A stretch of DNA of 59,261 bases, counting the filler, from Dugesia japonica (Eukaryota), in the NCBI GenBank assembly GCA_001938525.1. It is 4 parts of 4 records of this genome, joined end to end, with 100 filler letters (N's around TTAATTAATTAA, not from the genome) between each part and the next. Parts side by side here need not be neighbours in the genome. Positions count along the whole stretch, not along the records: positions 34,418 to 47,379 come from MQRL01638155.1; positions 47,480 to 59,261 come from MQRL01630664.1; 2 more parts are not named here. The stretch is one strand, 5' to 3'. Made by a program: the position numbers and the translations under genes. The stretch's first letter is position 1. Each line of letters begins with the position of its first letter. Under the pieces are notes generated by a model, which was given only the letters and a program-made list of their open reading frames with translations, was not told the origin of the DNA and searched no databases. Below, one piece after another: positions 46,740 to 59,261 of this stretch.

Positions 46740-47302
46740 ATACATTTATACATTTCTATTTTTTAATATTATGATGGATTATTCATTATTAAAAAACAAT
46801 GAAAAATCATTCTCAAATCCAACCAAAGTCATGAAAAAACACAATTCAAACAGTTTGTATCCACAACAACAACAGAAAATCCAAAATTTGATTTCGCGAA
46901 AATATAATACTTATGGTTTTCACTTGTAGGATGAACCGAATATTATATCATTTCAACAAAATCGGGTTATTTAAAGATGAAAGCCAAGAAGAAAAATATG
47001 CAGAATGGCTTATTTTAAGACCAAAATGCTATAGCCTATAGAAAAAAGATTCAACAACAACGATGAATACAAAGGTAATCAGTCTAAAGCAAACAGAAAT
47101 TGAGCATCAAGATTATGTCAATATATACAATGGAATTTCATATGAATTAACAATTGTTGATCAATGGCGTTTCAGATCGATTAATCATCAGATATACTCG
47201 ATTGTAAGTAGGAAACGTGCATTATCATGTTTAGATGATAAACGTTTTTGTAATGAGAAAAATACAAGTATGGCCTATGGCCACTATAAAATAAATAAAT
47301 AA
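46740..47302 (+). pseudogene. C-terminal remnant of a group-2-type pPolB, Polinton B
   Basis: KIGLFKDE...EWLILRPKCYS and FRSINHQIYSI...KRALSCLDDKR...AYGHYKI. Confidence 0.85.
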
Positions 47303-47379
47303 TTAAATTTTATTACAATTGCAATTATTGCGAGAATAATTGTTGGACTTAACCATTGATCGTTTTATAGAATTCATTT

Positions 47380-47479
47380 NNNNNNNNNNNNNNNNNNNNN
47401 NNNNNNNNNNNNNNNNNNNNNNNTTAATTAATTAANNNNNNNNNNNNNNNNNNNNNNNNNNNNNNNNNNNNNNNNNNNN
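47380..47479. other. Artificial scaffold-joining spacer
   Basis: 44 N + TTAATTAATTAA + 44 N. Confidence 0.95.
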
Positions 47480-48602
47480 GAGATAATCCGGAGAACTATA
47501 CAGAGTAAAATTTGTTTTATTTTTTTTCATTGTTAATATGATTTAAAATTATTATAAAAATAACTAAAACTTATCCGAGTGTCATCACCAAGAATTTTTT
47601 ATGGGTGATCGTGGTACAATCCGCATTTGGAAAACAGGAGAATTTCACCAAATAGAAAAAATTTGTGAATAGAGAAGCCGTGAGAATTCAGCGGAATTAA
47701 ACGGGCATAGTTCATCAGTAAAAATGAGAAATTAGGCTTTAGTACGAGCATTATAGTGTCATGATCGAAAATGGCCATGTTCATAAATTTTTTAATAGAG
47801 TTCAAAAATTAGGAGAAGATTTCTGTGGGAAATTGTGTGTAGATAAGAGATGTAGGGATTTGTCAAATTTCAACATGTGGAGCTTTACTAATAAACTATT
47901 AGGTTCTGAACTGCATATGTGATTACAGTTCAACTTACAGTGTTTTGTGTTGACCCGAATTTTTTATTGAATTTCACGTAAACCTTCAATAAATACTTAA
48001 ACCATTCATTTATTATTATTATTCACTTATTTATTATTATATATTTCATTATTAATTTTATATGTCGAAACTAGAAAAGTAAATGAATTTAATAGTATTG
48101 TTTTACATAAAGTTGAATTTCTATTTTATTTTATTATCTCGTTTCAGGAATTGATAATAAACTAAACTACCCAAGTTATTGAGTACATTTGTTTTGATAA
48201 TTAAATTAGGTCGAAAAGTCATAAACACAGTTTAATATTATGACGAGTTTTGATTACATGACAAGAAACCATAATTTTAAGATATATTTATTTATATTAA
48301 TGAGGAAAGTTCGTGCAGCTCATTAGAATTATAGGTCTCGGGTTAGAATGCAGTAATTTCGTGATTTGATGATAATAGGAACATCTTTTGAAAATTCCGA
48401 AAGATGGAGAACGAGAGAAGATGGTGGTTTCTGGCTGTTTTAGGAATGGGGACGAAGCAATAATAGGCCGCAGGCCGAAAAATCGGTACACATGATATGT
48501 TTTTTATCCTTTAAAATTTTTATTATTCATTATTGCATTTGATTAATATCTGGTTAATGTTTTTTGGGTTATTAATTGTCAAAACTGATCATAATTTCTT
48601 AG

Positions 48603-49025
48603 ATGTATAAAACCAAGCGAGTAAACCGAAGGCCCCGTTACATCTGGTTACATATAGACGGGAGAGATCGATATTATATAGAATGGTCAGAGTTCCAGGA
48701 GATGATAAGAAAGGAGAAAAAGCATTATGTCGATGAAACCGCCGATTTGAGAGCAGATCTGGATATCGTAAATCGGCGGATCGCAATAATGGAGGCGAAT
48801 TTACAGCTCCTCACGACCCAACGGGATCGGCTAATGGCTATTATAAAGGAAACCGAGCCGGAAATAACTACGTTGGATAACCACGATCCAGAAGTCGAAA
48901 CGAAATTCAGTTTTTCGGAGAATTCTATGTGGGAATCACAGGCTGAAGAAGAAGAACGAGAAATTATGAGGGATTTGATGGGCCTGAGTGGTTTTGCTAC
49001 AAATCCCTCTGTATATAAAAAATAA
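48603..49025 (+). CDS. Hypothetical intronless 140-aa protein with coiled coil and acidic tail
   Basis: ATG-initiated, raised GC, AATAAA overlapping the stop. No recognisable family. Confidence 0.45.
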   Translation: MYKTKRVNRRPRYIWLHIDGRDRYYIEWSEFQEMIRKEKKHYVDETADLRADLDIVNRRIAIMEANLQLLTTQRDRLMAIIKETEPEITTLDNHDPEVETKFSFSENSMWESQAEEEEREIMRDLMGLSGFATNPSVYKK

Positions 49026-49586
49026 ACGTGTACAAAGTGTGAATTGAGAAATTTTTGTTGATTTTTATTGAGATTTGGTTAAAGTAAATAAAAAGTGATA
49101 TGTATGTCACGATGAGCTGCAGATGCAGAGATTGAATAGTTTAGGTTTAAAATTTTGTTTTGTTGTTTCTTAAATTAAAAATTAGNTGAGTTATTACTAA
49201 ACGAGAGGACTAAAAAGAATTTTTATCAGTAAAGCAAAACGATTAAATGTGATTTGTTGTAGAGGAAGATACCGGCAATCATGACAATTAATTTAGTACG
49301 TATTGATGTGAGCTAATATTCTTATTTTGTTGGTTATGAAATGGTTTTGGTTTGAGTTTATGCAAGGTAATATTCGAGGTGTCATCGGCCTTTTCACGAT
49401 TCGTAATATAAAAGGAGATGATAATGTTATTAAAGTTCGAAAATCATCACAATAATTTTACTACTGTTTTGTCATGCATTTACATTAATATTTCACTAAG
49501 TAACAACTTTTAAAAACAGCTTTTATGATTTTAGTGNNNNNNNNNNNNNNNNNNNNNNNNNNNNNNNNNNNNNNNNNNNNNNNNNN

Positions 49587-49880
49587 ATGTCCACAAAAGA
49601 TGTCATGGATATGCAGAAGAGATGGAAAGAGGAGAAACGCGAGTTACGGAATGAGATTCTTCGTCTTAAAGGGGCACAAACTAAAGCTGACGGGAAGTAC
49701 ACGCAATTGAAAGAAAAAGAACTCGCTCTCCAGCAGGCCAACAGATTGATGGCAGAAGTGATAAAAACCTACGCCGATCGTGAGTCCAGTATGTTTAACA
49801 CGTTGCGAATATTGTGGCTGAACTATCAGCCGTTGAAAGAAGATTCAGCTAAAGATAGTGTGGTGTATCTGGATGGTTAG
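49587..49880 (+). CDS. Hypothetical 97-aa coiled-coil protein
   Basis: Open, raised GC, heptad pattern. TATAAAAG at about 49407 upstream. Start abuts an N gap. Confidence 0.45.
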   Translation: MSTKDVMDMQKRWKEEKRELRNEILRLKGAQTKADGKYTQLKEKELALQQANRLMAEVIKTYADRESSMFNTLRILWLNYQPLKEDSAKDSVVYLDG

Positions 49881-50705
49881 TACGGGCGGTAGACTCAAGA
49901 AAAAAAAGTGGTCGTTGATGTAAATTGCACTAAATGTTAGAACTGTTTAAATGTTGAATTATTTTCTCATTTTGGTTATGTATGACCGGTGTTAATATCC
50001 GTAATTTTATAATGATTAAATACTGAGCAAATGATAAAGATAATAGCTGGGGTTCAATAATAAGAATGACAAGACGCGATACCACAAAGTCGCGCTGAAC
50101 CCGTGGAATGAGGGGCATGTGAGGTGACGCAAATGCTTGTGGTTTTTAGGTATGCCCTTAGACGAGAGATCAAGTATAATCCACAAAAATGAATGGTGAC
50201 GAAAAGTGTAAAGATCAAACTTTAATTCACGATAACAAAATCCTAAAAATAATAATTTTTTGCAATTTGTTATTTATTACGTTCAGAATATTAAGGAAGA
50301 CATTTAGATTAATAAAAATAAAATTTCAAACTTTCGAAAATAATTATTATTCTTAACGTTTTCTTTAAAAAATATTCTGCAATAAATATTATGAATATTA
50401 CACTAGAAAAAACCTTTATTAATATAATTAATTATGTTTTTAAATTATTATATAGTTTTTTATGGAACATTTTTTCGAAAACAAAAGATAATAATTTAAA
50501 TAACATTTTATTAAAAACGGGAAGGACACAGAGGCCTTGTACGGTAGCGCCGTCTTCACCATCCTCTGGACGGCTCTGCATAGAAACCTGGAATTCCTAT
50601 ATTATTTTAAATTGACCAAATATTTATTGGAATTGTTTCAATTTAAATGTTTTTACACTAAATGATTTCAACTGGTTTTACTGAAAAAGGTTAATAAACT
50701 AATTA

Positions 50706-50884
50706 CACCTATCCCTCGTTTAGCAAGGAATTTAGGTTCTGTTGGATCACCTCGTTAAACAAAACCGTGCTAAGCGAGACTAACAAATGTATGGAAAATG
50801 TATAAGCGTACTTCTACAATGTAAGATCTAAGTGGAAAAAAAATTTTCAACAAAACGAAAACCGTGTTAAGCGAGATATGGGTG
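50706..50884. mobile_element. pogo/Tigger-like MITE
   Basis: TA|CACCTATCCCTCGTTTAGCA ... TGTTAAGCGAGATATGGGTG|TA: imperfect ~23-bp TIRs with TA TSD. Confidence 0.7.
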
Positions 50885-53408
50885 TATATTATTTTAGTAA
50901 ATATATTATTAAAGTTGGAGTATTAATAAAAATTAAGCTAAGTTTATTGAATTGAACCTAGATGTGTGGTTGACAGGTAATTTTGCGTCTTACTACTCAC
51001 AAGCTTGGTACTACCTCATAACTTCGTAGGCTCATATCTTGATGCTGATGAAAAGACAACTGCCACTAATAATAAAGCAAAATTTCAAGAAGGCTGGAAC
51101 AACTCTCGCAGAAATATGGTCTAAGTAGATAATCAATAATCAAGAATTTTTCGCAGAATATATAAATCCGACCGATTTCTCAGAAGCACCAGATAAACCT
51201 AATGCAAAATGGATGGGAAATCATGTTAGATAGTGAAATGCCGACTGTTCTTGTTCATATCGCAGTTTATGGAATGCATAATTTCCACAACGGTTTATTC
51301 ATTGAACAGTTGTGCTATCACATGCTGACGAAAGCCTGTGNATTCCAGACGCCAATAAGACATCCACAATAAAAATTATCTATTTTACTTCACTTGCGCA
51401 ACAAATAGGGTTTGTGCCATCAGAGGTGTTGATGGATTATCTATTTGACATATCAATAGCAGACCTTCAAAAGATATCATACCCAGATTACAAAATATAT
51501 CATGTCTCACTAGCAAGCTTGAAACGCCAACGTCAAGTTCACAGCTGCGATCATAATACTATTACCACGTCATCTAATATGTTTTCTTTTTAGTCATATT
51601 TGTGAGTTATCTGGTAATGAACACAGGTTTTGATTAATTGAGTGAATTCCAAGAAATCAATTTCTTTTCACTTATAAAAATAACAATTTTATTATTTCAA
51701 AGAAATAAATCAAATTAAATTTAAAAATAATAATCTTAACAGAAAAAAATTTTAATAGAAAAATTTGTCAATTAAATAAATTATGTACTTNNNNNNNNNN
51801 NNNNNNNNNNNNNNNNNNNNNNNNNNNNNNNNNNNNNNNNNNNNNNNNNNNNNNNNNNNNNNNNNNNNNNNNNNNNNNNNNNNNNNNNNNNNNNNNNNNN
51901 NNNTTTCAATTACAGTTCTTTTAATTTTTTTGTATTTTCTAGGTTCAAACTGGCATAAAAGAAATTTCTGAAATTGTTAAATAAAAATTACAAAAAAATT
52001 TATAGACTTAATTCTATTTGAAAAATATGTTTCTGTGAACTAAATGTAGTGAAAAATGAAATTAAAGGAAAAATTGACATAAATAATAAAATATTTTTAC
52101 AAAGTTGTGAATAATAAGAAATTTATGATCTTGTAACACTTTGGTCAAAATTAAGCAATAATAATAGAAAAATTAATAAAAAAATTCCAAAACAATTGTT
52201 ATATATTACCTATTTTAATTATTTTTAACGTAAAATGGAAAGGTAAAAAAAGTAGAAAAAAAATTATTATTAAATAAACTTTTTTCTCATTGGAAAAATA
52301 TATTGACTCACATGATTTATATTTTGACTAAGAAAGTGGTTTTGGAGTTAAAATTTAATGTTAATAAAACTTAATTTAATAATAATAGTTACAACATCTT
52401 CATCCATCTTCATAATGGTTGTTATATGTATTATTTAAACCAATCTGTTTTGAAATTTTCATAATTCTTCCCTCCTTCAAAATGTTTACCACCTCTTTAG
52501 CCAATCTACACAGTAGATCAAAAAATTTCCGGGACGGCGCTGCAAAAAAAATTTTATATGTGAAATACAACATTGGAAATAGTTATTATACACTTTCGTC
52601 TACTTGCCATATAAATTTTATGTCATTCAGTTACGTAATCGATTAACAGAATCAGTTTCAATTTATAATCTATTTTATCATTGTTCGAATACTTTAAATG
52701 AACCAAATAGCAGCAATAAAATTGAATTTTAAATGTTGAAAAACAAAATTAGCTTTGAATTTGCTATTATTAGTTGGTTATTTACTTTTATTTAGTTTGT
52801 ATTTAAAAGATTTTAGTGTAATTTTTGGGATACGAATGCAAGTTAAACAAAAACAATGCAACTCAAGTGCANGTAAACAAATAATATGAATCATACATAT
52901 GCAACACGAATAGAACTAAAATAAAGAAATTTTAATAGAGATGCAACCAATTAATGAGTCAGACATAATAATAATTTTATTGTAGTTGAAAAATCAACAT
53001 TACCTACACTTGCTGTAAATAAAAAAATAATTAAAAAATTATTTGTTGATGAACTTTTTCATAAATTTACTAGACATCAAGAAAGTTTTGCGAATAATTA
53101 TTAAATGTCCAAGAAATCTTTCACACTTACAATTTATAAGCTTAATTATTTTTATTAATAAAATTATTTTAACTTAAAATTATTTCAAACATAAAACTTT
53201 TTAACTTAAAATTTATTAGTATTACTTATGAAAAAATTTTCATTTAATTAAAACAAAAATCTTTTTTTCGCAAAATTCATTCAAATTCCAATTGCCTGCC
53301 AAAATGCAAATAATTTCTAAGTAGCTAAATAACCAGCCAAATGTAACACACTCACATATTTACAGTGACTGACAATAACTATTTTATCTCTCGATTGAAA
53401 CTCTATAT

Positions 53409-54460
53409 CAGGGGTTTTCAACCTAGGCGATATCTCCCCCTTTGGGGTGAAAGTTTACAGTAAGCGGGCGCTGAAAGCAAATGTGATTTTCAGGGAGTGT
53501 TTTTCAAAATCAGAGGGCGTGTAGTCTTTATAAATATATTATTGAAAAAATACTGATATGCAAGTATCTTATTGTTTTTTTTAAATAAAATCATAAAAAA
53601 TTGGTAAATTTCTTACTAAAATCAGCTTTGAATATTTATGGTTAGTATTGTTTAAAATTAAAATATTTTTTCAACATTATTTTATCTTTGTTATATTATT
53701 AGTGTAAAATATTTATAAATTTTTTATTATTGATAATGGCCATGGTTGTAAAACGAAAATGCAGACAATATTCTATTGAATATTTGAAATTTGGATTCAT
53801 TGCTTCGCCAATTAATGAAAAATTGCCTATGTACCTACTATGCCAGCAAGCCTGTTCTAATGAGGCTATGAAGCCTTCAATGTTAAAGAATCATCTTTGA
53901 AGTATGCATTCAGACAAAAAAGATAAATATTTGGAATATTTCAAAGGCTTTAAACTTCGCTTTGAAAAAACAGTTACAATACCAGCTTTATTAAAGCATC
54001 CTGTCTCACAATTGGACAAAGGAATGCTTCTTTCATACAAAATTTCATTTTTTAATTGACAAGTGTGGTAAATCACATAATATAGGGGAAACTTTAACAA
54101 TACCAGTCATTAATGAAGTTTTAGCAAATATGACTACACTTAATCCCAATAGTATTATTTCATCAATTCTTTGGAGCAATAGTGTTGTGTCAAGAAGAAT
54201 TGATGAAATAGCAATTAATATTGAAAATCAACTTTGCCGAGATCTTCAAACAACAGAATTCACTCTTCAGTTGGATGAAAGTACTGTAAGGGACAATGAA
54301 GTAATATTAATGGCTTATGTTCCTTATATAAAGAAAGAAAAAATTATTGAAGAAATGCTTTTTTATAAAACTTTAATTACAAATACAAAATGATCTTCAA
54401 TAATTATTATACTCAAAACATACTTGGACAAAATAAATTTTCCAATCACACATGTAGAGT
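53409..54460 (+). mobile_element. hAT Charlie/Buster transposon 5' part with decayed ZBED5/SCAND3-like transposase (from ATG 53736)
   Basis: Left end CAGGGGTTTTCAACC. KRKCRQYSIEYLKFGF...SNEAMKPSMLKNHL, SNSVVSRRIDE, FTLQLDEST. Stops present. Confidence 0.9.
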
Positions 54461-55303
54461 CTACATGCATACACAGAAAGTCATACACACATACACGGCA
54501 AGAAAAACAAATTTTCTTGCATTCTGATGGGTGGATACTATACCTTTATGAAAACATTTTCTCCTCGGGGGTTACAGTGCTCTAATATTTACCTACCTGA
54601 GAAGGATATTATTCCTGTTTATTATTTATGATATTGATGCTTATGATCGAAAAATAATCTTAGCAATTGATAATATACATATGTTTCAAGAACTTAACAG
54701 AAATGTGTTCCCCATTCGTATACATATAATACCTAAGTGAGAACCTCATCCATATCGTATTTAATTCTTTTTACAAAAACGAATGTAGGTGCATATAACA
54801 AGATGTAGTAATTGCTTCCCAGCAGGCTATTTAAAAATATTTTGGTCGATTTTGATACAAACATAAACACGATGATAAAGTTAAATTTATTTGCATCATT
54901 TGCTTATGTGCCAAAGTCAAATGTAAATTCTCATACTTTATCAAATCAAAAAAAACCATAAATGTTTTTGCTTACTTCCAAACAACAGATAAAAAATAAA
55001 TTAGAGAAAAACATTCAATTGTTGCTTATTAGAGACCAAAATTACTCTGATGCTGATATTGAGAACTTATGAAAAATATTATAAATAAAGTTTTCTACGG
55101 ACAACCGGTTGAGAAACATTGGTTTAGATCACCAATAAAAATGATTTGGCCACACCGAAGTTGCATTGGTTGTATTACAACATTTTATTGTCATTAACCA
55201 AAGAGGATTAGAAATCGAATATCTAAAATTATAAAATAATCCATTTCCTATCAAAATTTTCCGCCACACATAAATAACTTGGTTACAGAATTTCATGTAT
55301 TTT

Positions 55304-55565
55304 AATTAATTATTTTACAATTGCAATTATTGCGAGAATAATTGTTGGACGTAACTATTGATTGTTTTGCAGATTTCATTAAAATAAATCTTCTATCAAA
55401 TTTTTTTTTGAATTTGATAATATTTAGAATTTTCGACTAATTCTTCGTCAGTAATTGACTTTTTTGACTTTAAAGTCAATTCCCGACGAAGACTAAGTCG
55501 AAAATTCGCAATGTTATTAAAAACAAAAAAATATTTGATGGAAGCTTCTATTTTAATGAAATTCA
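55304..55565. repeat. Head-to-head pair of a ~160-bp dispersed repeat with hammerhead-like core; other copies at about 2175-2290, 10675-10830, 14340-14460, 15175-15215, 16575-16700, 47305-47379
   Basis: Shared tail GATCAATGGTTAAGTCCAACAATTATTCTCGCAATAATTG and head CTGA(C/A)GA-A-GAC-loop-GTC-GAAA. Confidence 0.7.
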
Positions 55566-56964
55566 ATTAATTATTTCAATTAAATTTAATCATTCAAAAT
55601 CTTCCTAACATATAATCTACCATATTCATTTATTAAAATAACTTTGCATTATTTAAAATGAATTGTGTGTATACATTGATGAATTCTAATATGGATCTGC
55701 TCAACTGCTTCCATAATATTAGTATATTCGTAACCTCCTAGTTTATCTAGCTCTTATTCGGGTAATTTGATACTCATATAATTTTTTATAATTAGTATTC
55801 TAAGTTTGCTATGAAATTCATTAAAGTTTTCATCTTGTTTTATAACCAGTATTAAGGGGTTATATTTACATTATTATTTACATTTACATTGATAAATATA
55901 TGTTCATTTGAAAATTTTACTTGTACTAGTAATAGTATTGATTTATATTACAAATTTATTTTCTATTTTCTATTTTCCTGTTACTTTATTTTATTTTATT
56001 TGATTTATTACAATATATTGATCTGTAGATATATTGATCTGTAGATATAATTATTGGCAGTAAATTAGTCTAGTGAATTATTTTTCGCATATTGATATCA
56101 TTATTGCCAAATAACTAAATGTTATTTTCATATTAATAATACATTTTTTAAACCAGTGAAATATTTTTTACAGAGAAAATCGCATTTAATGTTAAAATTA
56201 TTAGGAAAATACTTTTGGGGGGAATTTTGTTTAGTTGATCTCAAGTGAAAGCTGAGACAATAATAAATAACAATTTTTACTGGGACTGTATACTCAGTAA
56301 ATACTTATTATAGGAATAATTTTTCACTATCTATTCCACAAAAAAAAAATTTCTAAGAATCTATGTAAGGTTAAAATTTTAAGTATAAGTCATATATTAA
56401 AAATAAAACTGAATAAATCTCAACTACTATTATTATGAATTTCAATAAAACAATGAATGTCTACTCACAATGAAAAGATAAAGTAGTACTATGAATGAAA
56501 TCTTAATCAACATAATAAATAATTTATTCACTAGTGTTTCATGATTAATTAGCAATTTCTCTAGAAAACATTCAAGTGAATTTCGGTAAATATAATCTCA
56601 ACTAAACCACCTAAATTAAACCGTAGCTCGATCGACAGTTGACATTTAAAATCGGCTTGCAAACCGATTCAGTTGTGTTTATTGGAAACTGTAAATCAAC
56701 ATAAAATTTGATTTAATAATAGTTATTATTATTTAAAATATTATAATACTATAATTAAAATAATTTAATTAAGTAAGTAATACAATTATAATATAGTAAA
56801 CCCTCCAGCCACGGTTGATTTTTCAATTTTTTTGTATAGAATCGCGGGCTATTTTTATTGAATATTTATAAAAGTTTATAAGGATTTTATAGTGTCTCCG
56901 ATGCTTAAAATTTTTGAAAAAGTATAAGCAACGCGATAATAATAATAGCGTTGCCCACAGCTGA

Positions 56965-56966
<2 letters not shown>

Positions 56967-56997
<31 letters not shown>
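56967..56997. repeat. (TA)n microsatellite
   Basis: Directly visible. Confidence 0.95.
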
Positions 56998-57001
<4 letters not shown>

Positions 57002-57039
57002 GTACAAACAATATCCACAACTGGATAGTTTGCGGCGAG

Positions 57040-57340
57040 GTATTCATATTTAGATCTCTTGATTTGTTTTGCCGAAATGGTATGAGCACTTATTACCGCA
57101 GACACAATATTCTGATCATCAGTATTGGTCGTTTTTCTTTGTCTTACACTATCAATTTTACGTTCTTAATTTCCAGTTACTCTGCAATCTTAAAGAAATG
57201 TATTGACTGACGATTTAACTTCCACAATTTCCATTGTTATTTCTTTTCCAGACAATCCGCAATCTGAATATACCATAATTTGTGCTTTTTAAAATTTGTT
57301 AGCATTGCCATTGATATAATTCCATTTAAATGCGCCATCT
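57040..57340 (-). pseudogene. Tc1-like transposase N-terminal (HTH) remnant
   Basis: ERKIDSVRQRKTTNTDDQNIVSAV...ISAKQI matches the Tc1/Tc3 GRxRKTTxxDDRxI motif. Confidence 0.6.
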
Positions 57341-59261
57341 AATCTATTTAAATGGACTCAAAACAATACAATAAATACAATAAATTTAATCGATCTTACA
57401 TAAAATCTATATGAAATTTCGTTATTTCAAGCAATTTGTTTTATTTGATAGAGATTTGATTTTATTTGTGCGTATTGTCTATATTAATATATTCAATGAA
57501 TTCTAAATAATCTTTCATTCAGACAATTTAAAAACGAGTTCATGTTTATGCAATGAAAAATTATTGTAGAAATTGTTTGCGCAGATTAAGATTTTCTTTT
57601 AGTAGAATTTATTAAAAACACGATGATTTTCTGTCAGGTTGACATCTGTTAAATACAAAGAAAATGATAATTCCTAATTGGGAATTCATGTGTCAGTTAA
57701 AAATAAGACATGAAAATAGTTTTGAACTTTATCAGTTCTATTTCTCGGTCTTTTCATGAAACAACAAATTTTTGTTTCTTTACTTTAGCAGTATTTTTAA
57801 TAATGATTCTTCTTATTAGTAATAAATAAATATTTAAGATTTTCTATTTTTTTTTATTGATCTGAAATCCATAGACAAATTATTAAGGTTTATTTGTAAT
57901 TTTGTTAATTATCAAATGAAATCTGATTGGTTAATCTATTATGATAAATTTCATTGAGTGATTTTTTATTATTTTTGGAAATCAAAATTCATCATTCAAT
58001 TAAATATTTTCAAAAATTAAAATTATAAATTTTTTGATCAATAATTAAAGCCTTTTTATATAGGGTCTACTAAAATTTTAAAATCATAACATTTTCGAAA
58101 TTAGAGTTCAATCAGTGAAGATGTACAGTTAATCAAACACATTAATTTATATTTTACTCTAAATAATTGATTAATTTTAATCCATTAAATTTAATGGATT
58201 TTACGTTGCGGTTTATAATTGATTTAAATATAACTTTTTTTATATAATTTATACAAAATAAAAGAATTTAGCACAATTTTTAGTTAATATTTATTGTCTC
58301 TTTTATAACGATTTACAATTGTTGGCGTTTCCAATACTTACGCTCGTTTACTCACAAAATTACTTCTGACTTTTTAAACAAATCTACTCCCTATCAGGTA
58401 AAGATCCATCTGAGGTTTGTAATCTTCTAAAATCTCTGAAATAATAACGCAAATAACAAAAACTAATTAATTCGACAATAAATTTATTTTTATCTCACAG
58501 GCTTATACTGTATCAGCACTCTAACCAAATTCTAAAATCATTTACAATAGTTTAAATAGTATTACACAGGCATGCAAAATTAACTCTTCACATAATAACC
58601 AATAAAAATGTTTATCAAATAAAATGTCGTAAACAATAAAAATTACAAATTCAAAGATTTAATAGGAATGAGTTGGTCGCACTAATATTTCATTGGTCGC
58701 ACACTAACTTTTTAATTTTCAATTCTACGGTCAGGTACCGGTTTGAACCCCTTAGATTTTATAATAACTCAAATTGTTAATAACATTTGTCTATATTCTC
58801 CACTAAACTAACTGAATACATTATTTTATTATTTTTTTAAAGTTTGGTCGCTCAAATTCCGTTTATAATGCATAACCACAAAATCGTGCATGAGAAAGAC
58901 TTCTCGTCATTTAACAAAGATTTATGTTTTTGTTATAACTAATCAAGTTTAAGTCTCTTTAAAATTTTGACATCTTTATTTTACTTTGACTCCTGTTTAT
59001 GTTTATTCGCAACTTTGTCATGATACCAATTCCATTCACGTTTAGTGATTTTTTAAAAATAAATTATATTGATGTAACTGCATTTCGTTAACACGGCTAT
59101 TTACATTAGTATGTACATCATAGTAATATAAAAATCTAGTTTGATTTGTTTAATAGTGATTTTAAGCATAATTAACTATTACTTTTTATGTTATTTTATA
59201 AACTCATTATTTTATTTCCATTTTTATTGCTTGACCCTTATCAATACTACAATCTAATATT

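Larger units (their letters stand above)
40050..47302. mobile_element. Polinton/Maverick element B, decayed (group-1/alpha-like capsid-integrase-ATPase block, TBP-like gene, pPolB remnant)
   Basis: Minus-strand order ATPase, core-like, INT, penton, core-like, MCP. Plus-strand TBP-like gene and pPolB C-terminus. The left boundary (AGTAGG at 40050 plus repeat array) is tentative. Confidence 0.9.

Noticed and set aside
24640-47302. Treating Polinton A and B as one complete element
   Set aside because: They are on different scaffolds separated by an artificial spacer and a host gene, and each has its own penton and pPolB C-terminus.
53409-55121. Complete Charlie element ending at GGTTGAGAAACATTG (55121)
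   Set aside because: The 8-bp flanks (CTCTATAT and GTTTAGAT) do not match as a TSD, so these are probably ends of two different elements.

Overview
Very AT-rich, intron-containing eukaryotic DNA, probably an invertebrate animal (44-52 nt introns and the TE complement fit, for example, a flatworm; this is inference). It is not one locus. Three identical artificial 100-nt spacers (44 N + TTAATTAATTAA + 44 N) join four segments: 1-17208, 17309-34317, 34418-47379 and 47480-59261. Segment 1 holds a minus-strand gene of six stop-free, phase 1-1, ~300-nt exons, each encoding one copy of a Cys/Trp-patterned Ig-like domain; its introns are full of decayed TEs. Segment 2 holds a 6.4-kb long-TIR element with a nested RT+REL non-LTR retrotransposon, a Penelope fragment, and decayed Polinton/adintovirus A (Zn-finger/EndoVII-containing pPolB, adenain, penton, fibre-like and other genes) carrying short GC-rich palindromes inside its ORFs. 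Segment 3 holds the host PIGC gene (3' end cut off) and decayed Polinton B (major capsid, core-like, penton, integrase, packaging ATPase, pPolB C-terminus), which carries an intronless TATA-binding-protein-like gene that the ORF track misses. Segment 4 holds two orphan ORFs and hAT, Tc1 and MITE remnants. All calls come from manual reading and motif recall; no database searches were run.
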